64,000 bases of DNA from Alphaproteobacteria bacterium (GCA_031394145.1 JANMWT010000371.1:35314-99313); one strand, 5' to 3'. Positions 49,823 to 60,741 are shown, counted from the first letter of the stretch. Notes: a model not told the origin generated them from the sequence alone. Translations and numbers: made by a program.

Positions 49823-49884
49823 ACCGCATATGTCCCGCGACGTTCCGGAACGGGTTTGCCGGGTCGCCCTGGACGGAGGTTTGG

Positions 49885-50298
49885 ATGATCGAGCAAAGGT
49901 GCATCGACAAGGGTCTGCGCATGACTGACCAGCGCCGCGTCATTGCGCGCGTGCTGTCGGAGGCTGCCGATCATCCCGACGCCGAAGAGCTGCACCGCCG
50001 CGCCGCAGCGGTGGACGCCAACATTTCTCTGGCGACGGTCTATCGCACGGTGAAATTGTTCGAGGATTCCGGTATCATCGAGCGCCATGACTTTCGCGAC
50101 GGCCGCTCGCGCTACGAAGAATCCCCCGACGAGCATCATGACCACCTGATCGACGCCAAGACGGGTCGGGTGGTGGAGTTCAAATCGGAAGAGATCGAGA
50201 AGCTGCAGATCGAGATCGCGCGCAAGCTGGGCTACCGCCTGGTCGATCATCGCCTCGAACTCTACGGCGTGCCGCTTACCGAAGAAGAGAAGAAATAA
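49885..50298 (+). CDS. fur: Fur-family metalloregulator
   Basis: Start at MIEQRC with a [40 protein letters not shown]. Confidence 0.9.
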   Translation: MIEQRCIDKGLRMTDQRRVIARVLSEAADHPDAEELHRRAAAVDANISLATVYRTVKLFEDSGIIERHDFRDGRSRYEESPDEHHDHLIDAKTGRVVEFKSEEIEKLQIEIARKLGYRLVDHRLELYGVPLTEEEKK

Positions 50299-50347
50299 GG
50301 CGCATGGCCGCACCGACCCAGACGCTCCGCATGCCGGGCATGCCTGC

Positions 50348-51832
50348 ATGAAGGGGCTCTTCATTAAGACCTATGGCTGCCAGATGAACGTCTATGATTC
50401 CGAAAGGATGAGGGACGTTCTGGCCCCGCTTGGCTATGCGCCGGTGGACGCAGCTGAGGCTGCCGACCTCGTCATTCTCAACACCTGCCACATTCGCGAG
50501 AAGGCGACCGAGAAGGTCTTCTCTGAACTGGGCCAGCTCAACAAGATCAAGGAGCGAAGCGGCGGTCGCATGCGCATCGCCGTCGCCGGCTGCGTTGCCC
50601 AGGCGGAAGGCCAGGAAATCATGCGCCGACAGCCCGCCGTCGATTTCGTCGTTGGCCCGCAAGCCTATCATCGCCTCCCCGAGATGATCGCGCGACTGGC
50701 GCGACAGACCGGCGACCGGCTCGAGACCGATTTCGCCGCCGAGGAAAAATTCGACGCCCTGCCGGCGCGCGTCGCCGACGGCCCCTCGGCTTTCTTGTCG
50801 GTGCAGGAAGGTTGCGACAAGTTCTGCACGTTCTGCGTGGTGCCTTACACACGCGGCGCGGAGTACTCGCGCAGCGCTGATGCGATCACGGTTGAGGCGC
50901 GCGCACTGGCGCACCAGGGCGTGAAGGAGATCGTGCTGATCGGCCAGAACGTGAATGCCTGGCACGGCGCGCCGCCCGCAGGGGAGGCGGGCGAGTGGGG
51001 TCTCGGCCGGCTGATCCGCCACCTCGCCAAGATCGGCGGCGTCCAGCGCATCCGATACGCCACGTCGCATCCGCGCGACATGGACGAAGCGTTGCTCGTC
51101 GCCCATGGCGAGGTCGAGCAGCTTGCGCCTTTCCTGCATCTGCCGGTGCAGTCGGGCTCGGACCGCATACTCAAGGCGATGAACCGCGGCCACGATGTCG
51201 GATCGTACCTCCGCCTGATCGCGAAGGCGCGGGCGGTGCGGCCGGACATTGCGCTGGCCTCGGATTTCATTGTCGGCTTCCCGGGAGAGAGCGAGGCGGA
51301 CTTTCAGGCGACGCTCGATCTGGTCGCCGAGGCCAGGTTTGCCCAGGCCTATGCGTTCAAGTATTCGCCTCGCCCCGGCACGCCGGCCGCGTCGATGGAT
51401 CTGCAGGTCGCGGAGGGTGTGAAGGACGAACGGCTGGCCCGCCTCATGACCTTGCTCCAGCGCCAGTCGCAGGCGTTCAACACCGCGACCATCGGGCGGA
51501 AGGTGAAGGTGCTGTTCACCCGCACGGGCAAGCATGACGGCCAGGTTCTGGGTTATTCCTCTTACATGCAGCCGGTTCACGTCGCCGGCGGCGCATCCTT
51601 GATGAACCAGATAGCGGAGGTCGAAATCATCGACGCCACCATGACCAGCCTCACGGGGCGCGCGATCAGCGTCTTGGCCAACTTGGCCGACGGGGCCGAC
51701 TTGGACGACTTGGACGACGGGGCCGACTTGGACGACTTGGCCGACGGGGCCGACAGGGCAGACGGGGCCGACAGGGCAGACGGGGCCGACAGGGCAGACG
51801 GGGCCGACGGGGCCAGGGAGGCCATCGCGTGA
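50348..51832 (+). CDS. miaB: tRNA-2-methylthio-N6-dimethylallyladenosine synthase MiaB with a repetitive acidic C-terminal tail
   Basis: [13 protein letters not shown], radical [22 protein letters not shown] domain, then a tail of about 45 aa rich in ADG/DDL/ADR. Confidence 0.95.
   Translation: MKGLFIKTYGCQMNVYDSERMRDVLAPLGYAPVDAAEAADLVILNTCHIREKATEKVFSELGQLNKIKERSGGRMRIAVAGCVAQAEGQEIMRRQPAVDFVVGPQAYHRLPEMIARLARQTGDRLETDFAAEEKFDALPARVADGPSAFLSVQEGCDKFCTFCVVPYTRGAEYSRSADAITVEARALAHQGVKEIVLIGQNVNAWHGAPPAGEAGEWGLGRLIRHLAKIGGVQRIRYATSHPRDMDEALLVAHGEVEQLAPFLHLPVQSGSDRILKAMNRGHDVGSYLRLIAKARAVRPDIALASDFIVGFPGESEADFQATLDLVAEARFAQAYAFKYSPRPGTPAASMDLQVAEGVKDERLARLMTLLQRQSQAFNTATIGRKVKVLFTRTGKHDGQVLGYSSYMQPVHVAGGASLMNQIAEVEIIDATMTSLTGRAISVLANLADGADLDDLDDGADLDDLADGADRADGADRADGADRADGADGAREAIA
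51686..51820. repeat. tandem repeat 15 x 9 bp (gccgacggg / gacgacttg / gcagacggg), coding, with 18- and 27-bp higher-order periodicity
   Basis: In-frame 9-bp units from 51686 to 51820 encode [45 protein letters not shown]. Confidence 0.9.
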
Positions 51833-52842
51833 ACGAGCGCACCAAGCAAGCCCGCACCTGTCGCCAGAGCGTCGCGATCGCCACGCCGCAGCTTCTGCGT
51901 GACGTGTGCGGCCCAGCGCATGTCCACCTCCAGCAACTCGAACGCGCCTTCGCCGATGACGCCTTGCGCGCCGAAAGCCAGGGCGGCGAGATCGTCATCA
52001 CCGGCCAGAACGACGCCTGTCGCCGCGCGGCGGATGCACTCGAGGCCTTCCTCCAGCGCATCGCGGCGGGGGCCGAAGCCAGCGCCGAAGAACTCGCCTC
52101 GGCCATTCGTCTGACCCAGGCCAATGGTCCAGCCGGAACGCCAGGTGAAGTGATCACCGGCCTGCGCAAGCCGGTGATGGCGCAGACGCCGGGCCAGCGC
52201 GCCTATCTCGACACGCTGCGCAATGATGAATTCGGACTGGTCTTCGGCGTCGGTCCCGCCGGGACGGGCAAGACATTCCTTGCGGTTGCAGTCGGCGCCG
52301 CCGAACTCAAGGCCGGCAAACGCGAGCGGCTGATCGTAGCGCGGCCGGCCGTCGAGGCTGGCGAGAAGCTTGGCTTTCTCCCCGGCGACATGGAGGAGAA
52401 GGTCGATCCCTACATGTTGCCGATCTGGGATGCGCTCAACGAATGCCTTGGCGCCCAGGAAGTCGAGCGCCGCAAAGAACGCAAGGAGATCGAGGTCGCG
52501 CCACTCGCTTTCATGCGCGGACGCACCCTGAAGAACGCCTTCGTCATCATCGATGAGGCGCAGAACGCCACCATTCCGCAGATGAAGATGGTGCTGACGC
52601 GTCTCGGTCGCGGCTCGCGCATGATCGTCACCGGCGACCCATCACAGACCGACCTGCCGGAGCGGACAGGCTCGGGCCTTGCTCACGCCATCGGCATTCT
52701 CAACGGCGTGGCCGGCGTGGCGCTCGAGCAGCTGACGGCGAAGGACGTCGTCCGGCACGAACTGGTGGCGCGCATCGTCGAGGCCTACGATCGCGAGGCG
52801 GCAGGTCGCATCCTTGCGCCGCCGACCGGACGCCGGAGATGA
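51829..52842 (+). CDS. ybeZ: PhoH-like ATPase (YbeZ)
   Basis: GTG start overlapping the miaB stop. Walker [28 protein letters not shown]. Confidence 0.9.
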   Translation: MNERTKQARTCRQSVAIATPQLLRDVCGPAHVHLQQLERAFADDALRAESQGGEIVITGQNDACRRAADALEAFLQRIAAGAEASAEELASAIRLTQANGPAGTPGEVITGLRKPVMAQTPGQRAYLDTLRNDEFGLVFGVGPAGTGKTFLAVAVGAAELKAGKRERLIVARPAVEAGEKLGFLPGDMEEKVDPYMLPIWDALNECLGAQEVERRKERKEIEVAPLAFMRGRTLKNAFVIIDEAQNATIPQMKMVLTRLGRGSRMIVTGDPSQTDLPERTGSGLAHAIGILNGVAGVALEQLTAKDVVRHELVARIVEAYDREAAGRILAPPTGRRR

Positions 52843-53345
52843 GCCTGGCGTTGAATTCAGCCGACCTGTCGTCCGACACCCGCATCAGCGAACCGCGCTG
52901 GCGCCAAGAGCTGGCGGATGTCGAGGGTCTGTGCCGGCGGGTCCTGGGCGTGGCTTCAGCGCACATGAAGGCGGGGGGAGAGGTCTCCATCCTGTTCACC
53001 GATGATGCCGAGATGCAGGCGCTGAACCGACGCTGGCGCGGTCTCGACAAGCCGACCGACGTCCTGTCGTTTCCGGCCGAGGGACCCGAAATCCCCGGCG
53101 CGCCGGCCTATCTTGGCGACATTGCGCTGGGTTATGAGACGGCCATGGCGGATGCGGCGACCATGGGCCGGCCAGCCGAGGCCCATGTCAGTCATCTATT
53201 GGTGCACGGCTTCTTGCATCTTCTGGGCTATGATCATCTCGAATCGGCGGATGCCGCGGTGATGGAGCCGCTGGAGGCGGTGATACTTGCCGATCTGGGC
53301 TGGCCCGATCCCTACCGGACCGGCCCCTATGGAGATCCAGACTGA
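52839..53345 (+). CDS. ybeY: rRNA maturation endoribonuclease YbeY
   Basis: Zinc motif HGFLHLLGYDH. Overlaps the phoH stop. Confidence 0.92.
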   Translation: MSLALNSADLSSDTRISEPRWRQELADVEGLCRRVLGVASAHMKAGGEVSILFTDDAEMQALNRRWRGLDKPTDVLSFPAEGPEIPGAPAYLGDIALGYETAMADAATMGRPAEAHVSHLLVHGFLHLLGYDHLESADAAVMEPLEAVILADLGWPDPYRTGPYGDPD

Positions 53346-53347
53346 CC

Positions 53348-54244
53348 ATGTCCGACGGCCCCAACGACGCCGAGCCTCCGCAGCGATCCACACTGAGGGA
53401 TCGCCTTGCGCGTCTGGTCGGGCTCGACAGCCCCGATGAGCCAGCTGTTGCACCGGTTGGCGCTGCGCCCAGCACGCTGCGCCAGCGCGCCAAGGAATTC
53501 GAGACGGCGGTCGTCGGCGATGTGATGACCTCGCGGGTCGACGTCGCCGCGCTTGAAGTGATGACGCCGCTCGAAGATGTGCTGAAGCTGTTCGCCAAGG
53601 AAGCGCATTCGCGGATGCCAGTCTATCGCGACTCGCTTGATGAGCCCCTGGGCTTTGTCCACATCAAGGACGTGGTCGCCGAACTGGGGCGCACCGGATG
53701 GAGCGCCGAAGCGCTCGCTCAACGTCCGCTCGACCGTCTGAGGCGCGACATCCTTTTCGTTCCGCAATCGATGCGGCTGCCCGACCTGCTCGTCCAGATG
53801 CAGGCGCGGCGCACCCACATCGCGCTGGTGGTGGACGAGTATGGCGGCATCGACGGTGTCGTCTGCCTCGAGGACCTGGTCGAGGAAATCGTCGGCGACA
53901 TCGAGGACGAACACGACAGCATCATTCCCGCCATCCAGCGCTGCGGCCGGCAGGTCTGGGATGTCGACGGGCTTGCCGACATCGAGGATGTCGAACGCGA
54001 GACCCGATTGATCCTCGCCCTCGAGAGTTCCGAAGCCGAGGTCGATACGATCGGCGGCCTGATTGCCGTGCTGGCGGGCCGCGTGCCAGCGACCGGCGAC
54101 ACCGTCCTCCATCCCGCCGGGCCGGTTTTTGAAATCGTCGCGGCCGATCCCAAGCGTGTGATGCGCGTGCGGCTTCGCGCCGCCCCCAAGCCAACCGTGC
54201 TTGCCGATGACAAGACCCTCGCGATAGACCGTCGCGACGCTTGA
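53348..54244 (+). CDS. corC: CBS-pair/CorC_HlyC domain Mg/Co efflux-associated protein
   Basis: RMPVYRDSLDEPLGFVHIKD and ALVVDEYGGIDGVVCLEDLVEEIVGDIEDEHD. Confidence 0.9.
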   Translation: MSDGPNDAEPPQRSTLRDRLARLVGLDSPDEPAVAPVGAAPSTLRQRAKEFETAVVGDVMTSRVDVAALEVMTPLEDVLKLFAKEAHSRMPVYRDSLDEPLGFVHIKDVVAELGRTGWSAEALAQRPLDRLRRDILFVPQSMRLPDLLVQMQARRTHIALVVDEYGGIDGVVCLEDLVEEIVGDIEDEHDSIIPAIQRCGRQVWDVDGLADIEDVERETRLILALESSEAEVDTIGGLIAVLAGRVPATGDTVLHPAGPVFEIVAADPKRVMRVRLRAAPKPTVLADDKTLAIDRRDA

Positions 54245-54301
54245 CCCGCACGCGGTTGGGGCGATGAACCGGGACATGATTCCGTCCGGCGGGGAGCCAT
54301 C

Positions 54302-55966
54302 ATGACGCAGACCCCGCCTGCCGCCGCCAGCGCCGCACAGGGTCGCGGCAATCTTCTGTCGCCAGCCTATCTTTGGGTCACCCGCCAGCAGGGGCGGCGC
54401 GCGCTGGGTGTCGCAGCGGGGCTCGGCGTCCTGGCCAATCTCGCCTTTCCCCCGCTCGGCCTCTGGCCGGCGATGGCGGCGGCGCTGTCTGGACTGGTCT
54501 GGCTGCTCGACGGGGCGAAGTTCGCGGCCAATCCCGGCAAGGCTGCCTTCTGGCGCGTCTTCGCCTTTGGCTTTGCCTATTTCCTGGTGTCGCTGCACTG
54601 GATCGCAGCCGCCTTTCTGGTCGAACCCGACCTCTATCTCATTTTCATCTGGCTGCCCTTGGTCGCGCTCCCTGGCGGGCTCGCTTTCCTGCTCGCCTGG
54701 GCGATGCGCTTTGCCTACTCGTTCTGGTGCGCCGGTCCGGCGCGCCTGATCATCTTCTCGGTCGCGCTGATGGCGTCGGAGTGGGTCCGCGGCAGCCTGT
54801 TCGGAATTGGCGGCCTGCCGTGGAACCTGCCGGGCATGGTCTGGGCGCCAGGCGGGGCGGTGTCTCAGACGGCGTCGATCTGGGGGATCTACGGGCTGTC
54901 GCTCCTGACCATTGTGGGGCTGGCCTCGCCAGCCTGTCTCGCCGACGCGCGGGCCCGCGGAACCACCGCCTCGCGCGCCGCTCCGGTGTTGGTCGCGGCT
55001 GTGGCGTTCGGCGCGATTTGGGGCTGGGGCGCACACCGTCTCGCCACGTTACCGCAGGAAGCCAGTGGCCCGCTGGTCCGGCTGGTCGAGGCAGGCGTCA
55101 CGCAGAAGGAAAAATACCAGTCGCAGACCGCCGGCTTGCTGGTTGGCCGCTTCCGCGACCTTTCCGGGATCGACGCTCCGACCGCGCCGTCGATCCTGAT
55201 CTGGCCTGAAGGGGCCTTGCCCTACTATCTGTTCGAATGGCCCGATGCGCTTGACGCCGTCACCGATCGCCTCGGCAGCCGCAAGCTGATCATCGGCATT
55301 GCGCGCCGCGAAAAGGCGGACACGCCTCAGGAGAAGGCGTTCAACAGCCTCGCCGTGCTTGACGCCCGAAGCGCCGCCGGCGCGCCGCTCAGCCTCTACG
55401 ACAAGCACATGCTGGTGCCGTTCGGCGAGTTCACGCCGTTCAGCAAGGTGCTGGGCTTGCTCGGCCTCAAGACGTTGCAGAAGCTGGCGCCGGGCGGCTT
55501 CGAGCCTGGACCGATACCCGCCGTCATGCGGGTGCCGGGCATCCCGCCTTTCGGGCCGCTGATCTGCTATGAGGCAATCTTTCCGGGCCTGTCGCCAACC
55601 GGCGTCGACCGGCCGCGCTGGCTGGTCAACATTTCGAACGATAGCTGGTTCGGACGCCTGTCGGGACCCTATCAACACGCCGCCCAGGCCCGCTTCCGGG
55701 CGATCGAGGAGGGCCTGCCGATGGCGCGGGTCGCAGCCGGCGGCTTCACCGGCATGATTGACGCCTATGGCCGCTGGTCAGCGCGTGGCAAGCCAGCCGA
55801 TCCGACCCTCTTTGGACCCGATCCCAAGGGCTGGAAGTCCAGTGTGGTCGACGCCGTCATTCCGCCGATGGCGCAGGCAACTGCCTACAGCCACTGGCGT
55901 GACGGGCTCTACTGGTTGATGTTGCTCGGCCTCAACCTCGGGTTGTTAGTCCTACCCCGTCGCTAG
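54302..55966 (+). CDS. lnt: apolipoprotein N-acyltransferase
   Basis: Multi-TM N-terminus plus a CN-hydrolase domain: LIWPEGA, YDKHMLVPFGEF, ICYEAIF. Confidence 0.92.
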   Translation: MTQTPPAAASAAQGRGNLLSPAYLWVTRQQGRRALGVAAGLGVLANLAFPPLGLWPAMAAALSGLVWLLDGAKFAANPGKAAFWRVFAFGFAYFLVSLHWIAAAFLVEPDLYLIFIWLPLVALPGGLAFLLAWAMRFAYSFWCAGPARLIIFSVALMASEWVRGSLFGIGGLPWNLPGMVWAPGGAVSQTASIWGIYGLSLLTIVGLASPACLADARARGTTASRAAPVLVAAVAFGAIWGWGAHRLATLPQEASGPLVRLVEAGVTQKEKYQSQTAGLLVGRFRDLSGIDAPTAPSILIWPEGALPYYLFEWPDALDAVTDRLGSRKLIIGIARREKADTPQEKAFNSLAVLDARSAAGAPLSLYDKHMLVPFGEFTPFSKVLGLLGLKTLQKLAPGGFEPGPIPAVMRVPGIPPFGPLICYEAIFPGLSPTGVDRPRWLVNISNDSWFGRLSGPYQHAAQARFRAIEEGLPMARVAAGGFTGMIDAYGRWSARGKPADPTLFGPDPKGWKSSVVDAVIPPMAQATAYSHWRDGLYWLMLLGLNLGLLVLPRR

Positions 55967-55989
55967 TTTTAGGATTATCCAACTTCTGG

Positions 55990-56448
55990 GTGCATTCTGG
56001 TATCTCTGCACGGGACAGACGGGCGGTGGAGAGCAAGCTCCCCAATCTGATCGACAAGCATGTCGGGCGCCGCCTGCGCTGGCGCCGGCGCGAACTCAAA
56101 CTGTCGCAGGAAGTGCTCGCCGAGCGACTGGGGGTCACCTTCCAGCAGGTTCAAAAATACGAGCGCGGGGCCAACCGGGTGTCGGCCGGTCGGCTGTTCG
56201 AGCTGGCTCAGGCGCTCGACACCACCATCCTTTATTTCTTCGAGGGCGCCGATGCGGTGAACGCCGCGATCACGCAGGGCATGGCGGAAGGGGCCGATTT
56301 TGCGGGGCTGATCGACGCGGATGCGGTCGATCTGGTCATCGCCTTCCAGGCCATCGACGATCCGGAGCTGCGCCGGAGCATTCTTGCCATGGTCAAGAAG
56401 TCGGCCGCCGTGTTCCGGGGCGCCAAGCCTGCGCCCGAGGCCGGCTGA
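55990..56448 (+). CDS. XRE-family HTH transcriptional regulator (conserved lnt-metK neighbour)
   Basis: VGRRLRWRRRELKLSQEVLAERLGVTFQQVQKYERGANRVSAGRLFELAQAL. Confidence 0.82.
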   Translation: MHSGISARDRRAVESKLPNLIDKHVGRRLRWRRRELKLSQEVLAERLGVTFQQVQKYERGANRVSAGRLFELAQALDTTILYFFEGADAVNAAITQGMAEGADFAGLIDADAVDLVIAFQAIDDPELRRSILAMVKKSAAVFRGAKPAPEAG

Positions 56449-56581
56449 ACGCTGCCGATTGGGGCGTCTCAACCGACCCGGCGCCTGCAACCCAGGCGGC
56501 GCCAAACCTGCAGGGATATAAAGCTTTCGTTATGCGATTTGTCGCGTTAGGGAAGGCGGGCACGGCATCCAGGAGGCCTCT

Positions 56582-57775
56582 GTGGCGCGTTCGAACTACC
56601 TGTTTACCAGCGAAAGCGTGTCCGAGGGGCACCCGGATAAGGTCTGCGATCGCATCTCGGATGAGGTCGTCGACCTCTATTATCGCACCACGATCGAGCA
56701 GGGGCTCGACGTCTGGAGCTTGCGCTGCGCCGCCGAAACGCTGGCCACCACCAACCGTGTCGTCATCGCAGGCGAGTTCCGCGGCACGGACAAGGTGACC
56801 AAAGACCTGATCGCCCATCACACCCGGATGGCAATCCGCGACATCGGCTATGATCAAGAAGGCTTCAGCTGGCAGACCGCCGACATCGAGGTGCTGCTGC
56901 ACGGCCAGTCCGAACACATCGCCCAGGGCGTCGATGCGTCCGGCAACAAGGAGGAGGGGGCGGGCGATCAGGGCATCATGTTCGGCTACGCCACCAACGA
57001 AACGCCTGAACTGATGCCAGCGCCGATCCAATACAGCCACCGCATCCTCAAGCTGCTCGCCGACGCGCGTCATTCGGGCCAAGAAAAGACGCTCGCCCCC
57101 GACGCCAAGAGCCAGGTCACGGTTCGCTATGACAACGGCAAGCCGGTCGAGGCCGTTTCGATCGTCCTCTCGACCCAGCACACCGACGCCAAGCAGACCT
57201 CCGATGACATCCGCAAAATCGTCGAGCCCTATATCCGTCAGGCGCTGGGCGAGACGCTGCCGATCGCGAAAAACTGCGTCTGGCACATCAACCCGACCGG
57301 CAAATTCGTGATTGGCGGACCGGACGGCGATTGCGGTCTCACCGGGCGCAAGATCATCGTCGACACCTATGGCGGCGCGGCCCCGCATGGCGGCGGCGCC
57401 TTCTCCGGCAAGGACCCGACCAAGGTTGACCGCTCGGCCGCCTACGCGGCGCGCTACCTCGCCAAGAACGTGGTGGCGGCAGGCCTTGCCGACCGCTGCA
57501 CCATCCAGCTCTCCTACGCCATCGGCGTGCCCGAGCCGTTGTCGATTTACGCCAACTGCGATGGCACCGAGAAGGTTGATCTCGCCAAGCTCGAAAAGCG
57601 GCTTGGCGACGTGATGGACCTGCGCCCGCGCGGTATCCGCACCCATCTGCAGCTCAACAAGCCGATCTATGCGCGCACCGCCGCCTACGGCCATTTCGGC
57701 CGCGCGCCGGATCAGGATGGCGGCTTCTCCTGGGAGAAAACCGACCTTGCCGACAAACTCAACGGTCTTGGCTGA
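56582..57775 (+). CDS. metK: S-adenosylmethionine synthetase
   Basis: GTG start. [42 protein letters not shown]. Confidence 0.96.
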   Translation: MARSNYLFTSESVSEGHPDKVCDRISDEVVDLYYRTTIEQGLDVWSLRCAAETLATTNRVVIAGEFRGTDKVTKDLIAHHTRMAIRDIGYDQEGFSWQTADIEVLLHGQSEHIAQGVDASGNKEEGAGDQGIMFGYATNETPELMPAPIQYSHRILKLLADARHSGQEKTLAPDAKSQVTVRYDNGKPVEAVSIVLSTQHTDAKQTSDDIRKIVEPYIRQALGETLPIAKNCVWHINPTGKFVIGGPDGDCGLTGRKIIVDTYGGAAPHGGGAFSGKDPTKVDRSAAYAARYLAKNVVAAGLADRCTIQLSYAIGVPEPLSIYANCDGTEKVDLAKLEKRLGDVMDLRPRGIRTHLQLNKPIYARTAAYGHFGRAPDQDGGFSWEKTDLADKLNGLG

Positions 57776-57820
57776 CCTGCGCCTCTGACCTGCGCCTCCG
57801 AGCTGCGTCCTCGACTGCGC
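57772..57820. repeat. tandem repeat about 3.7 x 13 bp (ctgacctgcgcct) containing the metK stop codon
   Basis: Units at 57772 and 57785 are identical. Degenerate units at 57798 and 57812. The metK TGA is at 57773-57775. Confidence 0.9.
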
Positions 57821-57898
57821 ACGAAGTCTGATCGAGCGAAAGGTCGTCTAGCGCCGGTCCGGCTGGACATCCACCCCGCGCCGTAGTCTTGGAGCGCG

Positions 57899-58612
57899 AT
57901 GAGCCGCGATCTGTCCTTTCCTCCCCATCGCCTGTATGGCCGCTCGGCCGGCAAACCCCTGTCGAAGACGCAGGCGGGCAGGGTTGAGGATCTCTTGCCG
58001 ACGATCGCGATCCCAGAGGCCGCCCCAGGAACGCTCGATCCCGCCTTGCTGTTCGCGCCGCGCCCGCGCGAGGTCTGGCTCGAGATCGGCTTTGGCGGCG
58101 GCGAGCATCTGACCGGGCAGGCAAAGCTTCATCCCGAAGTCGGCTTTCTCGGCGCCGAACCCTTCCTCGACGGCGTCGCCAAAGCCCTGGCGGAGATCGA
58201 GCAGTGCAATTTGCCGAACATCCGGATGCGACGCGGCGATGCGCGGTTGATGCTCGAGGAGCTGGCGGCGGCCTCGATCGACCGCGCCTTCATCCTGTTT
58301 CCCGATCCGTGGCCGAAGACGCGGCATCGCAAGCGGCGGCTGATCCAGCCGGCGTTTCTCGAGAGCCTGTCACGGGTGTTGAAGCCCGGCGCCAGGGTGC
58401 GCTTCGCCACCGACTGGGCCGACTACGCCAGTCGCGCGCTGGCCGATCTGACGCAGGATGGACGTTATGGGTGGACCGCCGCGGTCGCCGACGATTGGCG
58501 CAAGCCTCCGGCTGATCATGTGACGACGCGCTATCAGGAGAAGCGGCTCGGCGATTGTGCGCCCGTGTTTCTCGATTTCGTGTTCGCGCTGCGGGCAACT
58601 CCAGCCGCTTAG
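57899..58612 (+). CDS. trmB: tRNA (guanine46-N7)-methyltransferase
   Basis: LEIGFGGGEHL and LFPDPWPKTRHRKRRL. Confidence 0.92.
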   Translation: MSRDLSFPPHRLYGRSAGKPLSKTQAGRVEDLLPTIAIPEAAPGTLDPALLFAPRPREVWLEIGFGGGEHLTGQAKLHPEVGFLGAEPFLDGVAKALAEIEQCNLPNIRMRRGDARLMLEELAAASIDRAFILFPDPWPKTRHRKRRLIQPAFLESLSRVLKPGARVRFATDWADYASRALADLTQDGRYGWTAAVADDWRKPPADHVTTRYQEKRLGDCAPVFLDFVFALRATPAA

Positions 58613-59604
58613 TCACAGTCCGTGCTGGTGCAGGGGCCGTGCTCGATCTCGACGGTCGCATGGCTCACCCGGTGATGCTGGGCGAGGCGTTGCTTGATGC
58701 GGGCGACAATGTCGTGGCCAGAGGCGCCGTCTGCGATGCGGGCGTGCAGCGTCATCATCGAGCGCTTCTCGTCGAGCGACCAGGCATGCGCATGGTGGAT
58801 GTCGAGCACGCCCTCGATGTGATCGGCGAGATCGCGGCTGACCGCGGCAATGTCGAGATGGCGCGGCGCGCCTTCGAGCAGGATGTGGCTCGAATCAGCT
58901 ATCAGCGCCCAGGCCGAACGCAGGATGATCAGCGCCACGACGATCGAGAGCAGGGGATCGGTGGCCATCCATCCTGTCAGCATGATGATGACCGCAGCGA
59001 TCATCGCCGCGATCGATCCGAAAAGATCGCCCGCGACATGCAGCAGAGCGCCACGAATGTTGAGGTTATCGCGGTCCCCGCCATGCAGCACGGCGAAGGA
59101 TCCGAGATTGACGACGAGACCTGCGCCGGCGACCCACAGCATGGTGACGGCCTCAACCGGGTGCGGCGTCATCAACCGCATCATCGCTTCGAGCGCGATC
59201 CAGATCGTGACCGCGACCAGCGCCAGGCCGTTGGCAAAGGCGGCGAGCACCGAGAACCGGCGAAAGCCGAATGTGCGGGTTGCATCCGCCGGGCGGCGCG
59301 CAATCCTGAAACCGATCCAGGCGAGGGTCAGGCTGGCGAAATCAGAGAACATATGGCCGGCGTCAGCGATCAGCGCGAGTGAGCCGGCGAGGATTGCCCC
59401 GATCAGCTCGACGCCCATGAAGGCGCCGGTGAGCAGGGCGGCGATGGCGATGCGGGTCTCGTTGGCGCGATGGTCGTGATGGTGGTCGTGATGGTGGGCG
59501 TGGCCGTGGGGGTGGCCGTGGGGGTGATCATGCCCGTGATCCTGTCCCTGACCCTGGATCGGACCATGATCGTGCGACGGGGCGGCGTGATCGTCGTGAG
59601 CCAT
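58609..59604 (-). CDS. czcD: cation diffusion facilitator (CzcD/ZitB-type Zn/Co/Cd efflux)
   Basis: Start at MAHDDH (59602-59604). His-rich N-terminus HGHDHPHGHPHGHAHHHDHHHDH. TM2 ADAGHMFSD, TM5 HVAGDL. Confidence 0.9.
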   Translation of the reverse strand: MAHDDHAAPSHDHGPIQGQGQDHGHDHPHGHPHGHAHHHDHHHDHRANETRIAIAALLTGAFMGVELIGAILAGSLALIADAGHMFSDFASLTLAWIGFRIARRPADATRTFGFRRFSVLAAFANGLALVAVTIWIALEAMMRLMTPHPVEAVTMLWVAGAGLVVNLGSFAVLHGGDRDNLNIRGALLHVAGDLFGSIAAMIAAVIIMLTGWMATDPLLSIVVALIILRSAWALIADSSHILLEGAPRHLDIAAVSRDLADHIEGVLDIHHAHAWSLDEKRSMMTLHARIADGASGHDIVARIKQRLAQHHRVSHATVEIEHGPCTSTDCD

Positions 59605-59653
59605 GGCGCGTCCTAGGCCGGCGTCCTTGGAAAAGCAAATAAAAACAATGGTA

Positions 59654-59663
59654 TGATATATCA
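59654..59663. promoter_or_regulatory. perfect 10-bp palindrome TGATATATCA in the AT-rich czcD/glk divergent promoter region
   Basis: Self-complementary 10-mer about 50 nt from both start codons (59604 and 59712), inside the only AT-rich stretch of this spacer. Confidence 0.3.
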
Positions 59664-59711
59664 GCTGGTCCTTTGTTGTCGGTCTTGCGGGCGCCAGACT
59701 AAGCTCCGCTG

Positions 59712-60710
59712 ATGAGCACAGACGCTTGCATCCTGGTGGGCGACGTCGGCGGCACCAATGTGCGTTTCGCACTCGCTCGGGCCCGCGACGGGCGGGTTTC
59801 TGTCTCTGACGTCTGGAAGCGCCCGGGGGCGGATTTCCCGAGCTTCGCCGCCGCCATCGCCGCCTATCGTCTCCTCGCCCCCGCCCGTCTCGATGGCGCC
59901 TCCTTTGGCGTTGCCGGCCCGGTCGAGGGCGGACGCGCCCAGCTCCTCCACCGGGACTGGTTCATCGACGGACCAGAGATCGCTCGCCAGCTCGGCTTTT
60001 CACGCGCCGTGGTGGTCAACGATTTTGTCGCGATGGCGCGTGCGGCGCCCGAACTCGAGGGCGACGCCGTGAAGGAGATTGCGCGAGGTCGTGCAGTCCC
60101 ACAGGGGTCGATCGCCGTCGGCGGGCCCGGCACCGGCTTTGGCCTGGCCATCCTGCGCCGCCTGATCCCGCAAATCGCCGCTGATCCTGGCGGCTGGGTG
60201 GTTGTCGGCGGTGAGGGCGGTCATCAGGCCTTTGCCCCGCAAACCGAGCTCGAATGGCGCATCGCCGAAAACCTGCGCGGCGTGCTCGGTTATGTCTCCA
60301 ACGAGATCGTCGCGGCGGGCGCAGGCTTCGCTGCGACCCTGGCGGCGCTGGCCGATGCGATGGGCCTGCCGCGCGCCGCGCTCACGCCCGCTGACGTCGA
60401 GGCCCGCGCCGCCGCTGGCGATCCACTGTCGCTGGCGATGTGCCGGCTGCGCGCCTGCACGGTGATGACGGCGCTCGGCGACGCCGCGCTGTCGGCCAAC
60501 ACGACCGGCGGCGTGTTTATCGCCGGGGGCGTCGGCGTGAAGCTCGAGCGCTATCTTAAGGAGCCGCAGGCGCTCGCCCGTTTCCATCAGCGTGGCCCGC
60601 GCACCGAGCTTTTGAGTCAGGTCCCGATCCGCTTGATCGTCAGCGAGGAAGCGCCGCTGCTTGGCGCGGCGCATCTCTGGCTCGATGATCGCGCCCGAGG
60701 CTGGCTCTGA
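59712..60710 (+). CDS. glk: glucokinase
   Basis: ATP motif GDVGGTNVRFALA and GGEGGH. About 330 aa, Glk family. Confidence 0.9.
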   Translation: MSTDACILVGDVGGTNVRFALARARDGRVSVSDVWKRPGADFPSFAAAIAAYRLLAPARLDGASFGVAGPVEGGRAQLLHRDWFIDGPEIARQLGFSRAVVVNDFVAMARAAPELEGDAVKEIARGRAVPQGSIAVGGPGTGFGLAILRRLIPQIAADPGGWVVVGGEGGHQAFAPQTELEWRIAENLRGVLGYVSNEIVAAGAGFAATLAALADAMGLPRAALTPADVEARAAAGDPLSLAMCRLRACTVMTALGDAALSANTTGGVFIAGGVGVKLERYLKEPQALARFHQRGPRTELLSQVPIRLIVSEEAPLLGAAHLWLDDRARGWL

Positions 60711-60741
60711 ACGGCGTCAACCGGTCTTGGAGAGGGATAAA

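Noticed and set aside
56449-56581. A SAM-responsive riboswitch (SAM-II or SAM/SAH) might lie in the metK leader.
   Set aside because: I see gcgattt and aaagct elements, but in the wrong order and without a supportable pseudoknot pairing. A call cannot be made without a covariance-model scan (Rfam/Infernal).
59470-59560. Repetitive gtgatggtg/gtggccgtggggg DNA at the czcD 5' end could be another minisatellite.
   Set aside because: It is explained by the His-rich (HDHHH/HGHPHG) metal-binding N-terminus typical of CDF transporters. It is imperfect and driven by codon choice.
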